From an uncultured Gammaproteobacteria bacterium (GTDB lineage Bacteria; Patescibacteriota; Microgenomatia; UBA12405): 64,000 nucleotides of DNA. A program made the position numbers and the translations under genes. The stretch covers positions 107,705-171,704 of the forward strand of contig CAZIZX010000003.1 in NCBI GenBank assembly GCA_964544275.1, given 5' to 3'. Under the pieces are notes generated by a model. It did no database searches and had not been told where the DNA came from. It saw only the letters and a list, made by a program, of their open reading frames with translations. Shown piece after piece: positions 19,067 through 29,963 of the stretch (the first letter of the stretch is position 1; every line of letters starts with the position of its first letter).

Positions 19067-19840
19067 ATGGAAAACAACAAACCACTTGTCCCGTTTATAA
19101 TCATTTCTCTAGCTATTTTTCTTTCGGCCCTCTTTGTCTCTCGAACGCCGATCTATATTAGAAACACCGGCGGGGTCGAGTCTAATGGCAAAGTTTCCAA
19201 CACCATCTCCGTTACTGGTGACGGTCGAGTATCAGCCAAGCCCGATATGGTTCGTCTCAACCTTGGTTTTCAGGAAACTGCTTCTACTAGTCAGGTCGCT
19301 CTGGCCAGAGTTAATGAGAAAGTTACCTCTGCTATGTCAATCCTCAAAAACAACGGTATCTCTGATTCTGACATTACCACTAACAACCTCAATATCCACA
19401 CTGAATATGATTATTCTGGATCTTCCCGTCGGGTAATCGGTCAAAGAGCTTCTCAATCCCTCGAAATTAAAATCAAAAAAATTGACGCCAAGGCAGAAAA
19501 AGCCAGCAAAATTATCGACGAATTATCTGCCATCGACAATGTCCAGATGCACGGTATTTATTTTGATATTGAAGACAAATCAAAGCTCTTCTCTCAGGCT
19601 AGAGAGCTGGCTTTCAACAAAGCTCAACAAAAAGCCGAAGAACTGGCTAAACTGTCAAAAGTTAAGCTAACCAAACCGATTTCTATCTCGGACAGCACCT
19701 TTGACATTACCCCCATACCCTATATGTCAAATGTGGCCGAACTCAAAGCTTTGGATTCCTCCGCTGCCGGTAACACTCAAATTTCCAGTGGCGAGATGGA
19801 TATTTCCGCCAACCTCTCAATTCTTTGGGGTATTGAATAG
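19067..19840 (+). CDS. SIMPL/DUF541 domain periplasmic protein
   Basis: TM anchor, then VTGDGRVSAKPDMVRLNLGF and ISSGEMDISANL, characteristic of SIMPL/26 kDa antigen family. Start moved to ATG 19067 to avoid overlap with xth. Confidence 0.55.
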   Translation: MENNKPLVPFIIISLAIFLSALFVSRTPIYIRNTGGVESNGKVSNTISVTGDGRVSAKPDMVRLNLGFQETASTSQVALARVNEKVTSAMSILKNNGISDSDITTNNLNIHTEYDYSGSSRRVIGQRASQSLEIKIKKIDAKAEKASKIIDELSAIDNVQMHGIYFDIEDKSKLFSQARELAFNKAQQKAEELAKLSKVKLTKPISISDSTFDITPIPYMSNVAELKALDSSAAGNTQISSGEMDISANLSILWGIE

Positions 19841-20305
19841 TTATTGAGCCAAAACTCTTCTGGAGCTTTTGTAAGCCAAAGGCAATAACTCTCTCAAACT
19901 GGTCACCACCACTTTGTCCATTTTTGAGTTGACCAAAACCATCTCTGTATCTTCCTGCCCCAAATTATCAACCGCTTCAAATATCATCTGTCGACAAGCT
20001 CCGCAGGGTGCCACTACTTCTTCAAAAAGTTCCTCTTCATTTAGTCCAATCACAATTATCCTTTCAATTTTAACAATTCCGTCATTTAAGGCCCTGTCTA
20101 GCGCCATCCTTTCCGCACAGGTACTGTTGTTGTACCTTTCTCTGGCGATATTAGCTCCGACATATTTTTTGCCATTCTCCGCTACCAGTAGTGCCCCAAC
20201 CCTGACGTCTCTTCCTTTGGGTACCACATCCTCTGCTGCCCGTCTGGCACTTTTAATTTCATCTTTAATCCTGTCATCTAGTTCGGTAAATCTTATTTGC
20301 TTCAT
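19841..20305 (-). CDS. cdd: cytidine deaminase
   Basis: CAERMALDRA (H/CAE zinc motif) and PCGACRQ (PCxxC). 154 aa. Confidence 0.75.
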   Translation of the reverse strand: MKQIRFTELDDRIKDEIKSARRAAEDVVPKGRDVRVGALLVAENGKKYVGANIARERYNNSTCAERMALDRALNDGIVKIERIIVIGLNEEELFEEVVAPCGACRQMIFEAVDNLGQEDTEMVLVNSKMDKVVVTSLRELLPLAYKSSRRVLAQ

Positions 20306-20331
20306 AACTTATGATAACCGATAGCTGCTAA

Positions 20332-21060
20332 TCAATCCAATTCTTTTAATCTCCCCTCAATTCTTATCAGGTCATTCAGCAGACACGCAAATGTTAACAA
20401 GTTACGTTTGGCTTGATTTAGCTTTCCCGCCTTATTCCATGTATGGTTGGTAACATCTATCAGGTGTAATTTTTCTCCATCCCAAATTAAATTTCTGGCC
20501 GCCAATAGCGATCTTGCTTTAAATTTTGTTCTCAAGCTACACTCTTTTTTTACACTAAAACCCATGTAATCAGCCCACCTTCCTGATTTTATGGCATTAA
20601 TCATCAAGCCCGTTCCAAAAGTCCTTAACTCTTTCAGTAATTTTTTGTCCGACCAAATCTCCTCTTCACCTATTTCGCCCACCACTTTCCCTTCAACCCA
20701 GGGTTGTATTTGAATTTCTGCCAGATTTGTACTCTCAACCCTTCCGATTACAAACTGAGTTCTGGTCACAAACTGCGACAATGGCCCGTCTCTTAATTGT
20801 TCATATTCCATTCTGTCATTTCGGGTAATTTTATCGACATCAACTTCTGGACTATTCCCGTTAGGTTCATACTCATGAATTTTTACGGCAAAACTACCAG
20901 TTCTAAAACATCTGCAAAATGCCCCCTTGGCTACCTCTTCACTTCCGCTCAAAGCCAAAGGCAACTGATTATTTATCGGTATCACTCGAGGACAGGCCAG
21001 ATCCAGATCTCTTACCAGGCCCGGCGATATTACCGGTCTGGCAACTGTTTCCTTGATCAT
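20332..21060 (-). CDS. small protein-kinase-like fold protein (Kdo/RIO-like), function unknown
   Basis: Gly-rich GSEEVAKGAFCRCF, then FAVKIHE (VAIK-like lysine). HLIDVTNHTW resembles the HxD....N catalytic loop. Confidence 0.35.
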   Translation of the reverse strand: MIKETVARPVISPGLVRDLDLACPRVIPINNQLPLALSGSEEVAKGAFCRCFRTGSFAVKIHEYEPNGNSPEVDVDKITRNDRMEYEQLRDGPLSQFVTRTQFVIGRVESTNLAEIQIQPWVEGKVVGEIGEEEIWSDKKLLKELRTFGTGLMINAIKSGRWADYMGFSVKKECSLRTKFKARSLLAARNLIWDGEKLHLIDVTNHTWNKAGKLNQAKRNLLTFACLLNDLIRIEGRLKELD

Positions 21061-21120
21061 TAGACCTATATTATAACTCTTTTTTGTTAATACCTTTCTT
21101 GGTATAATTTTGACTGCATT

Positions 21121-21192
21121 CCAGCGGTAGCCGAGCGGTTAGGCAACAGTCTGTAAAACTGTCTTAGGCAGGTTCGACTCCTGCCCGCTGGA
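21121..21192 (+). tRNA. tRNA-Tyr (anticodon GTA), class I with short variable loop
   Basis: Cloverleaf folded by hand. Acceptor ccagcgg/ccgctgg (C1-G72). Anticodon stem acagt/actgt, loop ctGTAaa. 5-nt variable loop. T-arm gcagg-ttcgact-cctgc. Discriminator A. 72 nt, no encoded CCA. Confidence 0.7.
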
Positions 21193-21196
21193 CTTA

Positions 21197-22252
21197 TTAC
21201 ATTCTCATTCTGATAAACGTCAACAAAGTCATCACTCGCGCATAAGCTGGCTGGTATACCAACTGAGGCAAATTCCACGTTTTCTTTTCTTTTACCTTGT
21301 TATATCCAAATTCTTCCAAGCTCCATTCTTTTAGGTAGTTCACGATGTTCTTTGAGTCAAAATTATCCCCCAAAGTATCTTTTATCTCCTGAACACTAAA
21401 TCCTCTCCTGCTTTCAACCGTTACCTCCATCTTGTCCAGACTTTTACCACTAGCCGCTCTCCAAAACCTTTTTGCCACTTCTTTCTGCTTGATTCCACTG
21501 AAATTAAACAAAGCCACCCTTATATTAGATCTCTTTCTTTTATCAATCCGACAAACTATCTCTCCCAGAGCCCTTCCCCATGAGGATTTGGCCACCTTTC
21601 CTCCCGCCGCAAACAATATCACATCTGTTCCTTTCTCTAAGTTATTTATCGCTTTTGCAAACGCCTTTTCATTCATCTCGTCGATTTCTGCCGCCTTTAA
21701 CCCTTCAATTCCATAAAATCTTCCTCTGGGATGGACTTTGTTTACTACCCATCTGTTAAATCGTTTTTCATCTGCCGCGTATCTTCTTGGCATTACTGGC
21801 ATGATAAATTGTCTATAACCCCTCCCCAAAAGTTGTAGCACTTTAAGTGAAATCAAAGAAGTTTTTCTTTCCCCCAAAATTGCTGCCAAGATAAAAGGTT
21901 CCAAAACTGCTTCATGGTTAACCCCGATCATCAAAGTTGTCTCTTTCCGCTCCTTTATCATCTCTAAATCACCCTTATTTGAAATTTCAATTTTCACTTT
22001 ATTCAAAAGTGTCTTCGAAGCTTCTGCCCAGCCGTCTTTTACGGCTTTATTATCAATTTTTACCCACAAATTAAGCATATTTTCCCATCCCAATAAGTCG
22101 TTGCTAATTTTCAAAACCCCCTTCCACACCCGATTCTTCTTTTTATCATCAAGCTTTTTTTGTAGTCCCGACAGGCCCTCTTTATTCAAAAACCAATATA
22201 ATTTTTTTATCAGATTCATTTTAATTAAAGTACTATTCTTGTCTGGTCGCAA
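21197..22252 (-). CDS. hypothetical protein, weak acyltransferase-like motifs
   Basis: 351 aa. VNHEAVLEP (compare NHxxxxD) and FAAGGK (compare FPEGTR) loosely resemble PlsC-type acyltransferase motifs. Confidence 0.3.
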   Translation of the reverse strand: MRPDKNSTLIKMNLIKKLYWFLNKEGLSGLQKKLDDKKKNRVWKGVLKISNDLLGWENMLNLWVKIDNKAVKDGWAEASKTLLNKVKIEISNKGDLEMIKERKETTLMIGVNHEAVLEPFILAAILGERKTSLISLKVLQLLGRGYRQFIMPVMPRRYAADEKRFNRWVVNKVHPRGRFYGIEGLKAAEIDEMNEKAFAKAINNLEKGTDVILFAAGGKVAKSSWGRALGEIVCRIDKRKRSNIRVALFNFSGIKQKEVAKRFWRAASGKSLDKMEVTVESRRGFSVQEIKDTLGDNFDSKNIVNYLKEWSLEEFGYNKVKEKKTWNLPQLVYQPAYARVMTLLTFIRMRM

Positions 22253-22356
22253 TTGCTTATTTTGTCATACTTGCCAAGTATTAACAACACCTCCTTTTGG
22301 TTATCGGTTGTCATTTATGTTATCTTTCAACATTAAGCTAATCTAACATCAAATCC

Positions 22357-23421
22357 ATGTATATTAATAAATTATTGCTCAAAAATTTTCGATCTTATTC
22401 CGACAACCTTTTTGAGTTTAGCCCCAATATAAATTTAATTTTAGGTAAAAATGGCACCGGCAAAAGTAACTTGCTTGAAGCTATTCACTTTCTGTCAACC
22501 GGCAAGAGCTTCCGTTCCTCAACCCTTCCCCGGTTAATTAACTGGCAGCAGGAATACTCTATTGTTAAGTCAAAAATATTCAAAAACAACCGGGAAACCG
22601 AACTTGAGTTGCAACTCATCAAAGATAAGCTTAATAACGGTTCTGTCAAAAGAAAATTCTTAATCGATAAAGTCGAAAAACCCCGCAAAGCTTATCTGGG
22701 TAATCTCAAAACCGTTATTTTCCAGCCTGAAGACATCCGCCTGGTTACTGGCTCACCTTCCCGCCGCCGAGACTATCTTGATGACACTTTTTCAGCCATA
22801 GATTGGCGCTATGCTTCAGCTTTCAGCCAATACAACAAAGCCCTCAAGCACCGCAACGAACTTTTAGACCAGATCAGGCTAGGCACCAACTCCAAAAGCG
22901 AACTCTTTTACTGGGACCAGTCACTACTCAAAAACGACTACATTATTCACCACCATCGAATTTCATTCGTCCGGCACGTCAACACTTTCTACGCCAACCA
23001 CTCTCACCCTGAGATCCGCACTTTTTCCATTAATTTCCAGCCCTCCATTCTGACTCAGGAAAAACTTGACTCAAACTATTCTCTCGATCTGATTCGCGGT
23101 TTCACCCAATCAGGCTGCCATCGGGATGATTTTTCTTTTGATAGTTCAACTTTCCCTTACGCCGACAAAAATTTGTCCAGTTGGGGTAGTCGGGGACAGC
23201 AACGTTTAGCCGTTCTCGCCCTCAGGTTAGCTCAAATTAATTACTTACAAAAAATATACCAGGAAAAACCCCTGCTTCTTCTTGATGACATATTTTCCGA
23301 ACTAGACTCGGACCATCAGCATCTAGTTAGCCAGTTGTCCTCTGATTATCAAACCATCTTCACCTCATCCGAAGAAAATAGTCTTAAATCTCTCCCTCAG
23401 GCTCATCTCCTCCGCCTCTAA
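22357..23421 (+). CDS. recF: DNA replication and repair protein RecF
   Basis: LLLKNFRSY...LILGKNGTGKSNLLEAIHFLSTGKSFRS is the RecF N-terminal Walker A region. 354 aa. Confidence 0.8.
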   Translation: MYINKLLLKNFRSYSDNLFEFSPNINLILGKNGTGKSNLLEAIHFLSTGKSFRSSTLPRLINWQQEYSIVKSKIFKNNRETELELQLIKDKLNNGSVKRKFLIDKVEKPRKAYLGNLKTVIFQPEDIRLVTGSPSRRRDYLDDTFSAIDWRYASAFSQYNKALKHRNELLDQIRLGTNSKSELFYWDQSLLKNDYIIHHHRISFVRHVNTFYANHSHPEIRTFSINFQPSILTQEKLDSNYSLDLIRGFTQSGCHRDDFSFDSSTFPYADKNLSSWGSRGQQRLAVLALRLAQINYLQKIYQEKPLLLLDDIFSELDSDHQHLVSQLSSDYQTIFTSSEENSLKSLPQAHLLRL

Positions 23422-23670
23422 CTTGATTTATCAGCCAAAATTTGCTATAATTAAGTGAATTACACCGAAAAGATCCGAGTAAAGTATCTTACAATTTGTT
23501 TTTAACTTGCCTGATGCAAATCAGCCCAAGGTGTAATATAATAACTCACTGTCTAACCAAAAGTTAGCCAAAAGTACTTTGACAATCGCAAGCGTTTTAA
23601 AGCCATATCGTTAGTACCGGTAAAGACGATTTAACTAAAAAATCTTTTATCCCGAATCTGTTCGGGATTT

Positions 23671-25172
<1,502 letters not shown>

Positions 25173-25264
25173 TGAGGAAATTAAGCCGATCTTGTATCGG
25201 ACAGTTCTTCATCCGTCGTCTTTCTGGTACTAACAATGTCGCTTTAAACGTTTGCCGATTATTA

Positions 25265-25290
25265 AAACCCGCTCACTGGCGGGTTTTTCT
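25265..25290 (+). terminator. rho-independent terminator downstream of 16S rRNA
   Basis: Stem CCCGC-tcactg-GCGGG at 25268-25283, followed by TTTTT. Confidence 0.5.
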
Positions 25291-25295
25291 TGCGA

Positions 25296-26084
25296 ATGAT
25301 TTTAAAAAAAATACTCGACTCAAACAATATGATCAATGCACCCGTAACTTTAAAAGCTAAAAAAAACCTTTTTCTTACTCATCTAAAAATTGACCCCAAA
25401 AATCTTCCCGCCCACATTGCTATTATCATGGACGGTAATCGCCGCTGGGCAGCTGCTCGAGGCTTAACCCCCAAAGACGGTCACAGAGCCGGTGCGGCCA
25501 ACCTTGAAGCCATTGTCGATTATTGTCGCCGTATCGGGATCAAATACATTACTGTCTACGCTCTTTCTACCGAGAATTGGAAAAAACGCTCAGCCTCAGA
25601 GGTCAAAGGCATTTTCGATTTACTCATCGAAATTGTCAAAACTAAAAAAGATGAATACCAACGTTCCGGCATCAAATTTTTTGTTTTAGGTAATTTCCAG
25701 GCATTTCCTTTTAAAGTAAAAAATGCCATCAAAAATATTATGGATATAGTTCTTGATCATGAAAGGGTCAAATTTAACGTTGCTCTCAACTATGGCGGCC
25801 GCGATGAAATTGTCAATGCTATCAAAGAAATTATCAGGGATAAAATTCCGGCTCGAAAAATAAACGAAGAATTGGTTTCAAAATATCTTTACACCAAAGG
25901 TCAGCCCGATCCTGATTTGATCATTCGTCCCGGCGGAGAATTTCGTCTGTCCAACTTCCTTCTCTGGCAGATGTCTTATGCCGAACTCTACTTTACTGAC
26001 ATTCTCTGGCCCGACTTTACCCCCAAAAAGCTGGAACAGGCTATTTATTGGTACCAGCAGCGTGCCCGTCGGCTTGGTAAATAA
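25296..26084 (+). CDS. uppS: undecaprenyl-diphosphate synthase
   Basis: HIAIIMDGNRRWA, YITVYALSTENW and RPGGEFRLSNFLLWQ are canonical cis-prenyltransferase motifs. The ATG is at 25296 (the listed start 25290 is TTG). ATG 25329 is an alternative start. Confidence 0.85.
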   Translation: MILKKILDSNNMINAPVTLKAKKNLFLTHLKIDPKNLPAHIAIIMDGNRRWAAARGLTPKDGHRAGAANLEAIVDYCRRIGIKYITVYALSTENWKKRSASEVKGIFDLLIEIVKTKKDEYQRSGIKFFVLGNFQAFPFKVKNAIKNIMDIVLDHERVKFNVALNYGGRDEIVNAIKEIIRDKIPARKINEELVSKYLYTKGQPDPDLIIRPGGEFRLSNFLLWQMSYAELYFTDILWPDFTPKKLEQAIYWYQQRARRLGK

Positions 26085-26113
26085 TTATTCCGCTTCTCTT
26101 TTAGTACCCTCTG

Positions 26114-26419
26114 TCACAAGAATCTCATTCCTAACATTGTCTGCACCAGTTGAGCGATAAAATAACTGGCAAATATTATCAAAAATCCGATAATACCCGA
26201 AATTATTTTACCGTATCCTTCCTTGGTTTTTGCCGGGTCCCCCCCCGATGTCATCAGGGTTATACCGCCCCAAATTATCACGAAAAGCAAAGCTATCCCC
26301 GCCAGAGTAAACACATAAGGTAGTGCTTGCGTTACTACATCACCCAAGTTGGAAAACCTGTTTTGCAGCGGATCAGTTGGCAATTGAACTGCTTGTGCCC
26401 TGGCAATTTTAATTATCAT
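26114..26419 (-). CDS. small two-TM pilin-like protein (TrbC/VirB2-like topology)
   Basis: 101 aa. Two hydrophobic helices separated by the short loop LMTSGGDPAKTKEG. This loop also occurs in the C-terminus of the upstream 279-aa protein. Confidence 0.4.
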   Translation of the reverse strand: MIIKIARAQAVQLPTDPLQNRFSNLGDVVTQALPYVFTLAGIALLFVIIWGGITLMTSGGDPAKTKEGYGKIISGIIGFLIIFASYFIAQLVQTMLGMRFL

Positions 26420-27255
26420 TTTAATATTCCTGGAATTCTTAAAATATCATAAGCGATTAATCTTAATAAGAACACGGCAAAAATTATTACCAAGAGCCCG
26501 GTAATTGCTGATGTCACCGTTTCTTTGCCCCCCTGTACTTTTTTGGGATCACCATTCGAAGTCATAATTACCACAAAACCAAAAACCATCAAAAGAAAAG
26601 CAATCCCTCCCCCCACACCAAACATTATTGATAATAACCACATGGTAAAAGCTCTTGTCTCCACTGGCACGCATCCCAAAGCCGTATTTATTCCATCCTT
26701 CCCTTCGTAATCACAAAACATGTCCATGGTATTAGTTCCCAGAGTTCCTTCGACATATGGATCTGGTGTTGGCGTCGCATTTATAAAAGTTGGAACTACA
26801 GTTGGTTCTACAGTACTGCAGGTGCAAGAAGTTCCCTCCACCTTGGGACCACCCTGGCCACTCCTACAGAAAAAAGTGTTTTGTTCATCTTGGCAACAAA
26901 TTCCACCCATAAAACCACAACTTTGAGCAGGCGGAGTTGTTGGTGTCGGTTGGTTAATTTTATTGTAGCAGTTGACAAATATTTGACCTCCAGGGATATT
27001 AACAATCTCTGTACAGGCATTACCCCCATAAGTACCTTCACAATAATCTAAATAATCGTTTACCTGGCTTGCTCTAATATCCAAACTGGATAAGTGATCA
27101 TTGCAGTCATACAAACTATTACAAGTGGTAGAATGCTCGTTGTATAACATTGAACTATCCGTACAGGCCGCCATAATATTGTTGGTGAAAGTAAAAAGTA
27201 AAACAGGAACCAAAAATAATACGAACATCCGCTTCATTTTAACAAAGTATATCAA
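26416..27255 (-). CDS. secreted Cys-rich protein with C-terminal two-TM pilin-like domain
   Basis: Signal peptide, then about 190 aa with 15 or more Cys and a Thr/Pro-rich linker. The C-terminus is TM-IMTSNGDPKKVQGGKE-TM, paralogous to the adjacent 101-aa protein. Confidence 0.4.
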   Translation of the reverse strand: MIYFVKMKRMFVLFLVPVLLFTFTNNIMAACTDSSMLYNEHSTTCNSLYDCNDHLSSLDIRASQVNDYLDYCEGTYGGNACTEIVNIPGGQIFVNCYNKINQPTPTTPPAQSCGFMGGICCQDEQNTFFCRSGQGGPKVEGTSCTCSTVEPTVVPTFINATPTPDPYVEGTLGTNTMDMFCDYEGKDGINTALGCVPVETRAFTMWLLSIMFGVGGGIAFLLMVFGFVVIMTSNGDPKKVQGGKETVTSAITGLLVIIFAVFLLRLIAYDILRIPGILK

Positions 27256-27271
27256 ATGCTAAAATTAAATA

Positions 27272-29005
27272 GTGAAGCTAAAAATTCCAGTTATTTTATC
27301 TTTAATTGTTTTTGGTTTGGTCTTGTTTTTTTTCCATAACTTTGCCACCGCTGCCAGTATTGACGAGGAAATTGCCCAAGTTAGCAAGCAAATCGAGGAT
27401 CTGGAAAAGGCCATTGCTCCTCTCAAGACCGAATCCTCCTCCCTTCAAACCAAGATTACTCAAGCCAAAAGCCAAATATCCAAAACCGAAAAGCAGATTT
27501 CAGACCTAAGCGGCCGGCTCGTCGACAAAGAATCCAATCTGGAAGTCCAGAAAGTCCTTTTGTCCCAGCGCGTCCGCCGTTATTACATAAACTCCCAAAA
27601 ATTTAGCCCATTATTAATCTTTTTTTCCAGTTCCGAAAGCTCCAGTTTGCTCCGTCAATACACCTGGTTCCAATCGGTTATTTCTCAGGACAAAAGCACC
27701 ATTTCTCAATTTGTGGCCGATATTACCTCTCTTCAACAAAACAAGACCGCTCTGGAAAGCGAAAAAGTAAAACTGGCCGCCCTCAAAAAAACCCTGGAAG
27801 ATCGATTTGGCTTCCTTTCTACCGAAATCAAAAAAGCCGAAGATTACAAAGCTGAACTTAGCAAAAAACAGCAGGATCTTATTGCCGCCAAAACCGCCAT
27901 GTTCAATACTTCCGTTGGCGATGTCTCTTCTTCTGATGATCCGGCTTCCCGGTCAGATTTCAATCCCGGTTTTAGCCCTGCTTTCGCCGCTTTTTCTTTC
28001 GGCGCCCCTCATCGTAAAGGCATGAGCCAGTACGGAGCCTATGGCCGTGCCAAAGCCGGACAAAATTATGAAACCATCCTCAAAGCTTATTACGGTGATA
28101 TCCGTCTTGAAAAAATAGACAGTCCTGGCTCCATCAGTACCAGCATCGGCTCGCTCCCGTTTGAAGATAATTATCTGCTGGGTATTGCCGAAATGCCCAG
28201 TTCCTGGGGAGACAATGGTGGCATGGAAGCTCTCAAGGCCCAGGCTATTGCCGCCCGCACCTACGCCCTGGCCTCTACTAATTGGCGTTTATCTAATCGC
28301 AATTCTACTGGTAGCATTTGTATTACTGAGGCCTGTCAGGTTTACAAAACGTCAAAATTTCAAAACCCCGGTGTTTGGAAACAAGCCGTTGAAGCCACCC
28401 GAGGCATTGTAACTGTCAGCAACAAAACCAACGATGTCTTTTCTACCATGTACGCCTCTACTGCTGGCGGGGCCATTTATAGTTACACCTCACTAGGTCA
28501 CTCCACTCCTCAAATTTGGGATACCAGCTGTAGTTCCCAGTCCTGCTGGCCCAACGATTCCTTCGAAAGGGCCGCCGGTTCACCCTGGTATTACAAAGGC
28601 TGGTACAGGACTCGTAGCAACCAGGCTTGTGGTCGTTCTCATCCCTGGTTAACCAACGATGAGTTTGCCGATATTGTCAACTCGGTTTTGGTTTACTCCA
28701 AAGACAAAGGCACCATCGGCCATCTTTCCCAAATTGATTCCGGTGGCTGCTTTGGTGGTAACGATCCGGACGCCTGGTCCAAAGAAGAAGTTCGTAATCG
28801 AGCCGCTAACTTTGGCGGGCCAATTTCCAAAGTCAATTCTGTCTCAGTTGACTATTCTACTGGTGGCTACACCACCAACGTCCGGGTTTCTACCGACAAA
28901 GGCGACTTTACCTTTACTGGCGAAGACTTCAAAGAAATATTCGTTCTCCGTGCTCCCGGTGCCATCGCCATTAAATCAGGACTCTTTAACATAGAAAAGA
29001 AGTAA
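27272..29005 (+). CDS. SpoIID/LytB domain protein with N-terminal coiled coil
   Basis: Signal/TM, then about 200 aa heptad-rich coiled coil (EnvC-like). SpoIID/LytB signature EALKAQAIAARTYA, then a Cys/Trp-rich C-terminal region. Confidence 0.6.
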   Translation: MKLKIPVILSLIVFGLVLFFFHNFATAASIDEEIAQVSKQIEDLEKAIAPLKTESSSLQTKITQAKSQISKTEKQISDLSGRLVDKESNLEVQKVLLSQRVRRYYINSQKFSPLLIFFSSSESSSLLRQYTWFQSVISQDKSTISQFVADITSLQQNKTALESEKVKLAALKKTLEDRFGFLSTEIKKAEDYKAELSKKQQDLIAAKTAMFNTSVGDVSSSDDPASRSDFNPGFSPAFAAFSFGAPHRKGMSQYGAYGRAKAGQNYETILKAYYGDIRLEKIDSPGSISTSIGSLPFEDNYLLGIAEMPSSWGDNGGMEALKAQAIAARTYALASTNWRLSNRNSTGSICITEACQVYKTSKFQNPGVWKQAVEATRGIVTVSNKTNDVFSTMYASTAGGAIYSYTSLGHSTPQIWDTSCSSQSCWPNDSFERAAGSPWYYKGWYRTRSNQACGRSHPWLTNDEFADIVNSVLVYSKDKGTIGHLSQIDSGGCFGGNDPDAWSKEEVRNRAANFGGPISKVNSVSVDYSTGGYTTNVRVSTDKGDFTFTGEDFKEIFVLRAPGAIAIKSGLFNIEKK

Positions 29006-29026
29006 CCCTTGATGTTACAATAAGCC

Positions 29027-29737
29027 ATGGCTAGGTCAAAAGATTTGGATTCTATTGCTCCCGATGATCCGGTAAATAATTCACCACCCCCCAAACCGGA
29101 AACTAAAGCTGCCAACCCCTCTCTTTCTCGCGATCAGAAACACCGCCAAAAAGTTTATCAACTTCTCAAAAACCAGACCAAATCCCCACTTTCATCTTTT
29201 TTGGCCCGGCCCAAAGTATTTACCTTTGACAGTCGTGATGATGATGAGGAAATCATTCTTGTTTTGCGTCGACATTGGTTCACCAATCTTTCCTGGATTA
29301 TTATTGCTCTGCTCATGATTTTTATCCCCTTCGTTACCTCATTACCGCCATTTTTTGCCCTGATTCCCCCCCGCCTGAATACCACCCTGGTGATATTTTG
29401 GTACCTCCTGACCTTTGCCATTGCTTTTGAACAATTTTTATCATGGTATTTTAATGTTTTCATCATTACCGAAGAAAGAGTCATCGATATCGATTTTTAT
29501 AATTTAATCGACAAAAAAATTTCCGAAGCCAAAATCTCCATGATTCAGGACGTTACTTCAGTTGTTGGCGGCGTTTCCCAGACTCTGTTTAATTACGGCA
29601 CCGTTCTGATTCAAACAGCCGCCGAAATTCCCGTTATCAAAGTTGAAAGGATTCCCAACCCCAACCTCGTCCTCAAGGTTCTCCAGCAAATGCGGGGAGA
29701 AGAAGAACAGGAAGCTCTGGAGGGGAGACTGAAATGA
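29027..29737 (+). CDS. membrane protein with bacterial PH (bPH_2/DUF304-like) domain
   Basis: Pro-rich N-terminus and two TM helices. FIITEERVIDIDFYNLIDKKISEAKISMIQDVT resembles the YdbT/YdbS bPH domain. Confidence 0.4.
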   Translation: MARSKDLDSIAPDDPVNNSPPPKPETKAANPSLSRDQKHRQKVYQLLKNQTKSPLSSFLARPKVFTFDSRDDDEEIILVLRRHWFTNLSWIIIALLMIFIPFVTSLPPFFALIPPRLNTTLVIFWYLLTFAIAFEQFLSWYFNVFIITEERVIDIDFYNLIDKKISEAKISMIQDVTSVVGGVSQTLFNYGTVLIQTAAEIPVIKVERIPNPNLVLKVLQQMRGEEEQEALEGRLK

Positions 29738-29949
29738 ATCAAATAAGCGACTTTATCACCCTGTCCCAAAAAATTCTTTCCGTTATCGGGTCCATTCTTT
29801 ATTTAGTATTTTCCCTGGTAATTGTCAAACAGACAACTTCTATGTCTCGTTATATTGTTGATAAGTTTAATTTTGCTCTCATTGTTTTTTCCTATGCTCA
29901 TCTTATATTCTCCATTTTATTGGTAATCTTAACCTTGACGGTTTTGTAG
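29734..29949 (+). CDS. small two-TM membrane protein
   Basis: 71 aa hydrophobic ORF with a 4-nt overlap (ATGA) to the upstream bPH protein. Confidence 0.25.
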   Translation: MNQISDFITLSQKILSVIGSILYLVFSLVIVKQTTSMSRYIVDKFNFALIVFSYAHLIFSILLVILTLTVL

Positions 29950-29963
29950 TATATTTATACTAG

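Noticed and set aside
21087-21278. 63-aa minus-strand ORF covering the tRNA-Tyr locus
   Set aside because: It overlaps a well-folded tRNA gene and has no coding signal. Almost certainly spurious.
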